64,000 nucleotides of DNA from assembly GCA_017499595.2 (NCBI GenBank), contig CM039001.1:558001-622000 (forward strand), in the 5' to 3' direction. This document shows positions 26,522-38,236 of this stretch, piece after piece (the stretch's first letter is position 1; each line of letters opens with the position of its first letter). Source of the stretch: Psilocybe cubensis. Its lineage: Eukaryota. A program made the position numbers and the translations under genes. The notes under the pieces are model-generated. The model saw nothing but the letters and a program-made list of their open reading frames with translations, did not search any database and was not told where the DNA came from.

Positions 26522-27798
26522 TACGCACGTTGTATATGGCAGTGTCGTGCCTCGGCAGCAGGCATTAGTGTAGTACGTGAGATAACAAGGTGTGAACGTC
26601 ATTCTCTCACTATGAACTGTCTTTTTTTACAGTAGAACTGTCTTTTATTGGCCCAATTGAGGTAAGCTTGATGCCGTATTTGCCTTCTGATCGTCATTTC
26701 TGAGCCTTGGCTCAATTTCGTAGTTTCCAATCTCGCCAATTAGTCAATACGTTAGTCACACCAATCCACGGCAATCCACCCTACGTAAAAAAGAATGTTT
26801 TATTGTTCAATTCTACGGTTATGGTGTGTAGTGCGGCATTGAACCTTAAGCTTAGCCAAACTCAAAACCCACTGCCCTCCTGCGAGGAATTTCTCTATGG
26901 AACGGGTCCCTTGAACGTGCTCCAGCAAACTCTAAGTTTTTACAGAAGGTCAGAATCTGAGTCGTAATAATATGTCATATTAGTTAGATCCGGTAAACTA
27001 CAAATCAGCACGAATATGTAGCTTTAAAACAAGCCTTGTTCCCCCTCTCCTTCTTTCCATCTTTCTGCGTCCGTCGTCGGTGTCAAAGCATCTCGAAAAA
27101 AATGCCTGTTGCAATTGATTCATCCGCCCTAGTATGGCAGTGAGTAGGGTTTTATGTACTATCTGGTCGCAAGCTTGCTCCATGCTTTTACTGTTACTTG
27201 TGCCCTCAGAACTTTTCGTTTTTCTTGCTGCTGCCATCCCGAGGCCCTCCACGGCGACGCCGTTTGAACCCGTTTTGAGTGATCGAGGGCACCTCGGCAC
27301 ACCTCTCGTGCGAGGGTTGTGCGAGGGTTAGGGTCGATCGTAACGCTGTGACCGATGGCGCCGATCGCTTTGTCAGGCTGTGCCAACCGTCTTTCTGCTC
27401 GGTCGCAGCTGTACTTCTCTCGGAAAACGGACGGTTGACGCACGTGAGGAGGCGCGGCGTAACAGCCTGTCACCCCCCTCACTGTAAATGTGTCACGCTG
27501 ACCGTCGTCTTCCATTTTGGGAAGGCGTGATGGTCGATCGTCACCTCGCTTTACGCATGTTTCGTACTCAACCTATTGCTCCCCGTTGCCTCTATACCTC
27601 TTTTATTCGCTTCTCCGTCTATCGTTACCGCTTTTGCTAATTTCTCTTAATTACAGATGCAACTATGACCTCATTTCCAAAGGCTTTGAATTGCCAGCAG
27701 CAGCAACATCAACAAATCCGATCAGGAATCTCTATGGACCTACGCTTGTGTTGGCTCTCATCTTTGTCTTGACAGTCCTCGCTCTTCTTCCTGGGGCA

Positions 27799-29482
27799 AT
27801 GGAAGAACTTCAAAGCATCAATAAGTCATCAATTCTGTTGGAGGTTGATGTTGAGAAAGGGCCGCCTCAGTCAGATGCAAGCAGGCTTCCGCTTCCCGCT
27901 CAGTCCAAAGGAGGTTCAGGGATCACGGTTTGCTACGTCGATGTGTGAGTCTTTCTGTTTTTACTTATATATTCCATTTCTAATGTAGTTTTATAGTTTT
28001 AATATGAAGAAAGCTGATTTGGTAGACCTGTGTCGCCAATACAAGCTTCCTGTTTCCGGTACAATCAAGGTTCTTATCGAGAGATTACAGGAGTTTAGTG
28101 GTCAGCGAGAACAATGGGACCGGTTAGCCTACTCTCTCTGTGCTTTCCTTCTAGGTGTTTATTATAGCTAATCTATTCCTACAAGACTCACTACAGGTGT
28201 TGCTCGTCGTTCTCATCTTGGGTTTAGCACCCATTCTTCTACAAAACCAACAGCCAGCCACAAAAAGTCAGTGCAGCGTCGTGAAAAAATGTTTTTGGAG
28301 TCAACAAATACAGAAAATGGCAATCCGAAATCTCTTCCATCTATTCTATCAACGGCAGTTCAGCCCTCTCATCAATGGTGTCAAACTCGTCGAGCTGCCG
28401 ATCTTGATTGGGTACGCATGTTGTATATTTGTTTAGTTGCCCTACAACTCATACTAAGCCCTCATTTGATGCTACAGGCACGTTATATTGTCAATTTATA
28501 CCCATATCGTAGAGAAGAAACTAGGAATAGGTTGGCAGAGCGTGATGCGGCACAATTTAATCAGAAACGACTGGTAAGTAGTAAACATTCTTATTATTGT
28601 TTTATCATTAATTGTATCTATATATCTAGTTCTCAAGCTCAAATGACGATGACGTTAAGGCTGGGATTGAGATAGCGAATGGCCATCTCTTAAAAATTGT
28701 CAACTGGGTTGAAGCTGGGACTACTTCTCCTCATCCAACTCCATCGCCCTCTCATCAGCTTCAACCAAGCACATCCCACTTTTCGGTGGCAGCTACTAAG
28801 GATTTGCAAAATTCTCAAGGTCATTCAATTTCTGCTTCTACCACAACCACTCCTACTCGCACAGTAACTATGGCTAGTGGATCTATTACTTTTTCATCAT
28901 CCGATGTTCCACCACCACCCGCTGTTTCATTTGCTTCTGATATTCCTGGATTGAATCGCATGTGGGACGATACAAGCATTTATTGGGATGGATATTCTGT
29001 GCTTACAATTAAGGGAACGGCCATTCCTATTGTATACTGGAAGGAGATATACACCTCTAAGGGTAGTGTTGAATGGAAGCCGAAGCAGTGGGAGTCACTC
29101 AAAGGGAAATTTTTTGATTGGAAGGTAACTGGCTAATGTTCATTCTTGAATCTTGATGAATATGTTTTGACCGCTTTTTGCTCAGATTCTTGTCCATCAA
29201 TGGCGACAAGGATCTCCCGAAGATTTCTGGGCTAAATTCACCAAAGACGGCAAGATACTGGGCTATCGTCAAATTCTTGATCAACTCGCTGAACAAAGAA
29301 CTGCTCATGATGCACTTTTTGCACAACAGATTATGCACGAGTATGGTAATCAATTTTCATCTATTTTTTCTTATGTTAAGAATGGGACAAGACATGTCAA
29401 GACAAAACCTTGTCATATTATTAAGCAGTACCGTAGGATGAAGGGTCTCATTAACGAAGACGACAATGATGAGGATAATTAG
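27799..29482 (+). CDS. SAP-domain protein, copy 2
   Basis: Same ORF translations as 20252-21935 at offset +7547. Confidence 0.8.
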
Positions 29483-29531
29483 TTGATTATGTTTTTGCTC
29501 CAATATCTTACATCAATTATATATAATTTTA

Positions 29532-31215
29532 CTATGCACAGTGACATGTTCGTCCACACATAAAGCACTTGACTGCAGGTGGTTTATCAGAATTAAAAAA
29601 GTCTTCTCGACGCTGTGTTGGGTTATCATTCCAAGATATTAGATATCTCACAATAGTGAGATTAGAAAATTCAGTACTCCATCCACCCCATTCACAAATA
29701 GTGCGAATAGACCAACGTCTTTCTGATGAAAGGTATTGGCAACCACCACGACGGAAAGAGTGTGTTCCATATGGTATTGGATCAACGCCAATATCAAGAA
29801 GATTGTTTCGGAACAGCTCAAGAAATTGCTCTGATGTCTATTTGAATGAGAAATAAGTAGAAGCATTTGTATAAATAGCATACCATGGGTATGTTATCAG
29901 CCGATGGCCTATCCCCAGATGCAATCTTTCGAAAAATGTAGCCATCGGTAATCTCGCTTGCATCAAGCCAATTTGCCATTGCACGAACAGGACAAAGATG
30001 AGCCTCATTTTCTGCTAGTAACCGCAGATAAAATGGCTTAATTCCTAAAGAAATATATATTAGAATAGACTTCAAATAGTTTAAAAAAGTTTTACCGCCA
30101 TGCTGATGTGTTTTGCGAAATGGTAGTGTAAGAACCAGTCCAGGTGGATTCATCTAATAAACAATATGTTCACGTCGGATTTTCAATACCTCATCTGATC
30201 GGAGTAGACAGAGAAAAGCAATTGTATAAATTGCCTCAAGAGCGCGTCGGGCTAATCCTCCTCCCCAATGGTTGCTATCTTGTTCTTTTCTAGACCCTGG
30301 AGCATAGGGTTTGATATCATAGTTTTCGGATTTATGATTTTCATCATAAAGAGCTTTTAGAGTAGCTGAGGTGATTGCGCGTGCACTTGTTGGTGTTTCA
30401 CCATTTCGAATCTAAAAAGGAGATATATAGTCAAAACTACAGCCAATCAAGCAATTTGAGTGCAACTTGAACATTACCTTCCGAGCACGCAAACTCATCA
30501 TGTATGTTGCTACGGTGTCGGATACTGATGGATTTCCTATCATTTTACCCGTAAGCTCATTTCTTCTCCACCTATCTGAGCCTAAACCAAGTTCACGTCC
30601 AAAAAGATATGTCATAGACGCTCTCATCTTTTGGCCATGTACATAGGAATCACGGACAACATGTGTTGGCTTTAAAGTTCCATCAAGATAAATATCATCG
30701 CATCTAGAAAATACGGTAGTTTGAAAAAAATTCCAATAGAGAAAATCAATAAGCTTACTTGTCCATAATCCATGCCGCAATGAAAAAAGGTGCATCGTCG
30801 GGTGGATTGCAACAAGCAAAATCTTCACGTTTTTTAATCATGTTCTTGCTAATCAGAAACTTGATACATTGCTTGATAAGACTAGAATAAAAACAAAATA
30901 AGCGCACTATTTAGAAATGAAGACAGGATAGTATTACCGCTGATAATCAGCATCAGTTTTGTCTGTGACTCCTTTAGATGCACCAGTAATTGTATCTCGC
31001 CACTTGGAAGCTGTTGGATTGTGGCTATCTAAATCTTCACTAGAAAGATCATGAAGTGACAGATTGGGCAGAGTCTCTGTTTCACCGTCGAGATCGTTTT
31101 CAACGTCTTCTGGTATAAATGGTTCATTTTCAATAGTAGGAGAAGGACTGCCAGATATAATGGAGTTTAGACCGGCATAGATTGAGTTTGAGGGCACCAC
31201 CATTGAGGAAAGCAT
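29532..31215 (-). pseudogene. Tyrosine recombinase, copy 2, with premature stop
   Basis: Codon 30154-30156 reads TAG on the minus strand where copy 1 (22607-22609) has CAG (IVYQMN); lies between the catalytic R and K in one exon. Confidence 0.78.
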
Positions 31216-31430
31216 AGTAGGGATTAGATTTAAGAAATTGTAGCGGAAAGGAGTACACTGATTAGAATATATACTTTTGTAAAGCTTACTGCGGACAAAA
31301 CAGATAGGAGTAGTAGACTCATTTGAAACACATTGTAAGAAGGCAATTTACAGCAAGGAGGCGATCTAGTGGCATTATGGTGAAGACACGCTCAAACACG
31401 TAAAAAAACAAATATAAGCCATACCTAATT

Positions 31431-33031
31431 CTAAATACCCTCCATCATATTACTTGGAATCCATGCACGTAGCTTTGGAAGACAATTTTGAATCCAAGAA
31501 TCGACACTTGATTGATCAAATCGAGGATTTTCTTGAGCCGCTCGAAGCCTATTAATGCCATCTTGAATAATGTCTTTTGGAAAATCAATCTTGACACGTA
31601 ATTCCGGAGAGCGCTTGCTAGATTGTCGCTTCCCAACAATTTGGCCAAAAAACATGTGGCCATAATAATGAAAGCCAATATCCCGAGCTCGAGCAATTTG
31701 CATTGCCGACCTAAGTGCAATTCCAGGAAGAATGCTGTTAGACAGGTGGCGTAACATAACCACAGCATCTGTACCCCATACGAAATGATCTTCGGCAAAT
31801 AGCATCATGGCTGGAAGAGATAGTTGACGAGAAAAAAGAACTGGAATGAGATCATCGGATACAACAGGATGGAGATAATAGCTTAGTATATCGGAAGAGG
31901 GAAAGTCTGCCGGAAGATTGTGGGCCAAAGATGGGCAGCGGCGAGGTAAATGAAATGAAGAATTGCTATGAGCTTCACTTATTAGCTGGCTTCGCCATTC
32001 ATGTAGGAATTGTTGCTGTGCTTCTTGACTGTAGTTGTTTTCCTTAAGGCCACACGCTAGTGATCGACCAAAACCAGCTTTTGCAAGTCCAAGTGCTGTT
32101 TCAATGCCACAGCCTTTGACTCCACCCTTAATAAAAAAAAGTTATAATACAATTAATAGAAAGAATAAATTGGAAAATTACAGGATTGTAGTCGCCACCA
32201 ACCAATAGTGCAATAAGAACCATATCCTCGCTATTCATCTGAAGAGCTTGAAGAATATCAGATGATCGATATACAACCACCTGTTCATCATCGGACACAT
32301 CTTCATCGCTATTAAAATGCCATATTAAAATTTAGATTGAGTTGAGCTAAAAGTGTACTTACATTCGCAAGACAGTTGTGGTACCAAATACAATACTATC
32401 AGAGTCTTCTGTAAGAACGGCATCGAGATAGTCCTCCTTTGTAAGTCTGGCAAGCTCCGCTTCAGCTTCACCAGGTGCCTATTCCCATAATATGTATGAG
32501 CCGCCCAAGCCTTAGGCTACTGCAATAACCAATAAAGAACATACCTCACACCAAATAAAACCGTAAGCATCTAACAGCGATTTGAAATCAGCTTCAATCC
32601 AGTGGCGATTTCCCCTTATGTTCTTTTTGCGCTTTATACTTGGTTTGTTGGGGCCATCAAAGACAAAGATGGGCAGAATAGGAAGCGAGTATAGGCGGCT
32701 ACAGCGAGCATTTAGAGTAGCAAGCTCCATATTCTTTGTAGCACCGTGTCGGTAGCATGCACGGTAAATCCACCCCCTATTGTCAATAACACCGAATCAA
32801 TTTATGTTTTTGAAAAAGAAATCAACAATATATACATACATTGCATCAACACCAAGCCTATATCCTCGGGTTCCTTGACGGTTTGACATAAATCCATCCT
32901 CAACAGCCAGACGTTGAAACGAGGCTCGTGTTGCTACAGGGTCTAGTAGCTACATAAATCCAATCTGTCAGCAGCTACGTGCAAGAGTCATAGAAAGTCA
33001 TACGCACCTTCCACAGGCCTTTAACGCCCAT
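31431..33031 (-). CDS. GEN1/Yen1-like XPG nuclease, copy 2
   Basis: Same ORF translations as 23884-25484 at offset +7547. Confidence 0.88.
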
Positions 33032-34989
33032 CGTATGGAGGCTAAACGAAAGCTAGATCAATAGCGGACAAAAGATAGATATAAGATAAACCCACCCGAA
33101 ATGTTTTGCAAATGTCTAAGCATCAATGTCTGTGAACAGAAACGCATACAGACCACGATAATGAGCCAAACTATTACAAAAGGGGTATTATTTGAGCAAA
33201 GATTGTGATCTACACAAAAAACTCAAGAGTTCTAGCTGTAATTTAAAATAAATCATATTAATTTTGTAAAAGCGGAGTAGTAGAACAAATGCACGGCAAT
33301 AAACACCTCATGCTAGCCATACAGAAGCGCCTCGGCCCAGGGATGATCCTTAGTTTCTTCTGTACGGCTAGCATGTGGTGCCTAGCAGACACGGCAATAT
33401 AATAGAATAATATTTTTCAGTACTTGAAAAGCACAACCATAGGCCTGTGTACGTGTCTGCATGCATGCGAAGAAAGGATTTGAGGTGGCGGCAGTGATGC
33501 AAGGAAAGATGATGGATGGTGTGAATGTGTATCTATAGCTTATACTCAGTAATACGAATAAAATCAAGAATCAAAGAAGAGGGCACTGGCAGCCTAGTGT
33601 ATGCCCAGGCATGAGTATTCCTGGGCTGCCATTGTGCGACGAAAAGGATGGGGGTATTCCATAATAAAGTATCAGAACACACCTAGATTCCAATTCTATC
33701 CTCTACGTAGCACCCTAAATCAAACAATCTAGCTTGCGCTGCAGGGCAATTTGCATGACTAAACGGCTCCGTTGAGCGACAACACTGCAAAAAAAATGCT
33801 AAGATACTTACCGGAGTGAGCCTCTTGACCAACCTACGAGACAGACGTATCTCATAAATTATAGCACCACACAGCTGATGGAGGGAGATGTGCATGGATG
33901 GGACGCAAGGAGGAGGTGCATGAACGGGAGAGAGCAGGAATCATCGATTCAACCAACACGCGTGCCAGCACTACACGTGATTGGACGTGCTGATTGTAAT
34001 TCACGCGACTCCTGTAAATTCACGCGACTCCTGTAAGATTCACGCGACTCCCTGGTTAAAACACGCGTTACGCACGTTGTATATGGCAGTGTCGTGCCTC
34101 GGCAGCAGGCATTAGTGTAGTACGTGAGATAACAAGGTGTGAACGTCATTCTCTCACTATGAACTGTCTTTTTTTACAGTAGAACTGTCTTTTATTGGCC
34201 CAATTGAGGTAAGCTTGATGCCGTATTTGCCTTCTGATCGTCATTTCTGAGCCTTGGCTCAATTTCGTAGTTTCCAATCTCGCCAATTAGTCAATACGTT
34301 AGTCACACCAATCCACGGCAATCCACCCTACGTAAAAAAGAATGTTTTATTGTTCAATTCTACGGTTATGGTGTGTAGTGCGGCATTGAACCTTAAGCTT
34401 AGCCAAACTCAAAACCCACTGCCCTCCTGCGAGGAATTTCTCTATGGAACGGGTCCCTTGAACGTGCTCCAGCAAACTCTAAGTTTTTACAGAAGGTCAG
34501 AATCTGAGTCGTAATAATATGTCATATTAGTTAGATCCGGTAAACTACAAATCAGCACGAATATGTAGCTTTAAAACAAGCCTTGTTCCCCCTCTCCTTC
34601 TTTCCATCTTTCTGCGTCCGTCGTCGGTGTCAAAGCATCTCGAAAAAAATGCCTGTTGCAATTGATTCATCCGCCCTAGTATGGCAGTGAGTAGGGTTTT
34701 ATGTACTATCTGGTCGCAAGCTTGCTCCATGCTTTTACTGTTACTTGTGCCCTCAGAACTTTTCGTTTTTCTTGCTGCTGCCATCCCGAGGCCCTCCACG
34801 GCGACGCCGTTTGAACCCGTTTTGAGTGATCGAGGGCACCTCGGCACACCTCTCGTGCGAGGGTTGTGCGAGGGTTAGGGTCGATCGTAACGCCGTGACC
34901 GATGGCGCCGATCGCTTTGTCAGGCTGTGCCAACCGTCTTTCTGCTCGGTCGCAGCTGTACTTCTTCAAACGAAAAGGGCACAGGAGCT

Positions 34990-37840
34990 ATGGCGAGCTC
35001 CATTATAAACGAAACTTTTGTCCTCGCCAATTATACGTCGTCTGCGCGAGGAAAATCCACGAAAAAATACACTCCTGGAGTCTATGCGACCTCCACGAAA
35101 AAAAATAGTAACAGCGCGGACGGATATGTTACGGTAGCTGTTCAGGCAGACGGTGTGCATGTTTTGGATGTGAGTAATACTGATTCATATGTCGCTGGTC
35201 AAACCTAAAGATTCGACTGCTGCAGACTTCCGATCTTCACCCAGTGACTTCGCAAACTCTGGGGCCATCGACGTCTTTTTCGTGCCCACCATTGACATTA
35301 CCATCTTCCTCGAATCATCCTTCAAGAACATACGCTATCATATCAACTTCTCCAGAACTGGCATCATCTGACGACGGGGGACGTACATTGTGGGTATGGA
35401 GCGACGATGCATCAAAATCCAAACAAAAAGCGAAGCAGAGCAAAGTCATAGTGCGTACCCCACCAGCGCCATCGCTATTTTGCAAAGCCAATTGACTGGA
35501 AGATGAACACAGCTTTCGAAAGATCACCCTGCTTTTGGAATATACGCAAGCACAGAGCTTCCGGAAAGATTGATTGCATTGTCCACCAATGGAGAAGTTG
35601 CTGTGGTAGATGCAGAGAGCCTTGAAGTGAAATCATCAATACAACAGTCAACTTTATCCAACGTTATCCACGCGACTGTGCTACCTGCCAGTACATCACC
35701 CTTTGGAAGAGGTTTAAATGGCTCCATTCTGGTTGTTGCCTCTGCTGGATCGTCAAAAAATACACATTTAAGAATATTGGCCATCGACGAAGCCGACTCA
35801 ATATCTCAAGAACAGGAACATGAACTTTCCATAGATAGCGAGGCACGTTCAAGCATTTTGATCATTATTTTTCCTCATTGACGCGCCCCATCCATGTAGA
35901 GCATTGTCAATTTGTCTTGTAGCGAGACAGGAATTCTCAGCGTGCTTTGTGCGTGTTAATTTCGATTCGTCATCTTAAAAAAATCGCTGGCACAGTCTGA
36001 TCATAACATATCACTCTAGGCACCGACGGATCGTTGTCATCGTACAGACTGCCATCTGGACCCTCTTCTTCACCAGCAGAACTCTCCCCTCCCCTCCGCC
36101 TCACCAACCTGTCTTTCATTTCTCAACCTTCCAGATATACTTCCTCAATTCTTTCCCTGACTTCCTCCCACGTCCTTCTTGCAGCAGTTGCCACTCAAGA
36201 GGTCGTTCTTCTGTTATGGGATCTCCAATTCTCTGTGCTCCTCGCGTCGCATTCATTACCTATACCAACCACCCTGAATTCCTCGGCTCTGCATGTTAGA
36301 TTAGTCCAAGGCTCTCAAACGCTCACAAAAACGGAAACGCAAGCCATTGGCCAAGCCATCCTTATTCTTTCATCTATGCCTTCGTCAGATTCTTCAGAAT
36401 CTAAAAACAACAAAACGAGCTCTGTGCTGGTTGTTGTTCCATACTCTGTACCTGTTCAGTCGACAATTGCGGCCGCAATGGGCAAGGGCGATGCCGGATC
36501 TAAATGGCTTCGTGTGCCAGGCGAAGAGGCGACAGCGGCTCAACAAAGTCCAGAGGAGAAAGCCAAAGCAAAGTTGTTGAGCACGATGAGAACGGCGATG
36601 CAGGGCGGACGTCCTCAGGCAGCTGTTGCGGCGTTCATGAAGTGGGCACCTAAGCCGGAGACTGATAAGGTATGTTTCTTGGGAACATCATTCTATTTGC
36701 AGTTATTAATTAAAGTTTCCTAGAATGTTGCTTCGACGTTGGAATATAACTTTGTTAAGGAGCTGTTGAGTATAGTGTTGCTTGATCTATCACCAGGAAC
36801 GAAGCCCACGCCAGGGAACTATCAACCTGATGTTGTGCGGTATCTCCTCGAGCAACGGGTCGTATGCAGTGCTATGATTTCGACTCCAGGAGGCCTCTTA
36901 GGCGCTTTGAGAGCAAGAGATGATTGGGTGACAATACTTTCTTGTTAATTTCTAGTGAACGTAGCGCTAACCGATTTATACTAGACATCCATTGAACTGG
37001 CGTTCTACACTGTGCTCGACCTGACCGAATCCGAGATCGTCGAAACACTTTTTGCAGTCGTACACGTACACCACTCGTCAGTCGCCCCTTCATCATCCAC
37101 TGCTACAACAAAACCTGCCACAGAGGATGCCATGGACGTCGACCCACCTACGTCACCTCAGAAAACCACTCAAAAACCTGCTTCATATAATACTGTCCCC
37201 TCTCTTCCTGTCACCCTCGCACTGCTCGCATCATACCCCACGTCGCGTGGCCCGCTTCTCGTTGCGTTCCGCCGGTATTTTGTGGATGCGGCGGATATCA
37301 CGGCTCTGCTTCAGGTTTTGGAGACCTGGGTTGCGAAGAAGACAAGGGCGGATGAGAGGCTGCTGCCAACTAAGAAAGATCTGAAAAAGACGGAGCAAGG
37401 CGTGTGGGTCGTCGTTGGTCGGAAAGGGGACAAAGAAAAAGAAAAGAAGAGGGACGAGGTTCCTTCGCTCCAAAAGGTCGGTTTCATTATTGTCAATTAA
37501 TGTTCTGTTTAATTCTGATGTGTGATGCGAATAGGCTGTTGACCTTATTCAACTACTTCTTGATGCATCATTCCTTTCTCTCCTTACGCACGCACCAGCG
37601 CACAAGATTCTTCGCAAGTTGCAAGACCAACTGAACCCTGAAATTAGTTTCGGGAGCGCCGCCGAAACGCTACGCGGCCCGCTTGAGCCGTTCGCCATCG
37701 CACAAGAGAAGACACTCAAGGAATCGTTGGTGCCCGCGCAGGAGAGGGAAAAGGAGAAACAGAAAGGTGATTGGCGCCAGAGGAGGAAAGAGCTGGCGGT
37801 GGATGTGGGCCTGTACAAATTGGAGGAGCTGGTGCTTTAG
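34990..37840 (+). CDS. Probable UTP8/NOL11-like SSU processome (t-UTP) protein, multi-exon
   Basis: Beta-rich N-half (YVTVAVQADGVHVLD, LWVW, LLLWDLQFSVLLA), LDLTESEIV, LLDASFLSLL and C-terminal GLYKLEELVL*, resembling the Y-x-x-E-x-L end I recall for Utp8/NOL11. Confidence 0.62.
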
Positions 37841-37872
37841 TTTGGCATTGGTTAAAGAGAGTAGGATTGGAA

Positions 37873-37904
<32 letters not shown>

Positions 37905-37912
37905 TATGTGTG
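37873..37912. repeat. (CT)n(GT)n compound microsatellite
   Basis: Directly visible in the 3' UTR region. Confidence 0.9.
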
Positions 37913-38236
37913 CTCTTTTTATTTTTGCATATATCTTAATCAGATCAAGTCTTGCGGATCCCGCTACTCTGGAAGTTCCAATGTGGCCTTTTCTCGCTGT
38001 TTGGCTTCTTCAAGGCCCTTAGGGATTAGTATCGCGTATCTCGTCGCTCGCAACCCCTCCCTGCCCCCCTTGGAGTTAGACCAGATGCAGAAGGACGGAT
38101 ATCCATCAAATTTACAGGTCAGTGAACTAATTGAAGGCCAAAATGTTTGATTTTAGAGTGACAAGTAAAAGAAAAAAAGTGGTTATAAAAAATTACATCT
38201 TCATTCTTGTCGAACGCAGTGAACTAATCCTGATTC

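Larger units (their letters stand above)
19866..27418. mobile_element. Tyrosine-recombinase DNA element (Crypton-like), copy 1 of a tandem dimer; unit length 7,547 bp
   Basis: Bounded by ACTTCT at 19866-19871 and 27413-27418; sequence repeated at offset +7547; encodes YR, XPG/GEN1-like nuclease and SAP protein; more AT-rich than flanking host genes. Confidence 0.88.
27413..34965. mobile_element. Tyrosine-recombinase DNA element, copy 2 of the tandem dimer
   Basis: Matches copy 1 at +7547 apart from substitutions seen at 30156 and 34894; ends in ACTTCT at 34960-34965, followed by unique sequence. Confidence 0.88.

Noticed and set aside
27325..27334. Telomere-like GGGTTAGGG near the element end
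   Set aside because: Single unit overlapping the GTGCGAGGGTT doublet; no array
19866..27418. Starship, DIRS/Ngaro retroelement or DDE transposon
   Set aside because: The YR is internal rather than first and the unit is only 7.5 kb; no RT/RNase H/gag, LTR-like repeats, long TIRs or DDE motifs were seen. Formal classification needs a phylogeny.
19866..34965. Tandem duplication as a pure assembly artefact
   Set aside because: The repeat boundaries coincide exactly with the ACTTCT core and a self-contained YR gene set, and the copies differ at two or more sites. Not fully excluded without long reads, but a monomer would still be a defined element.
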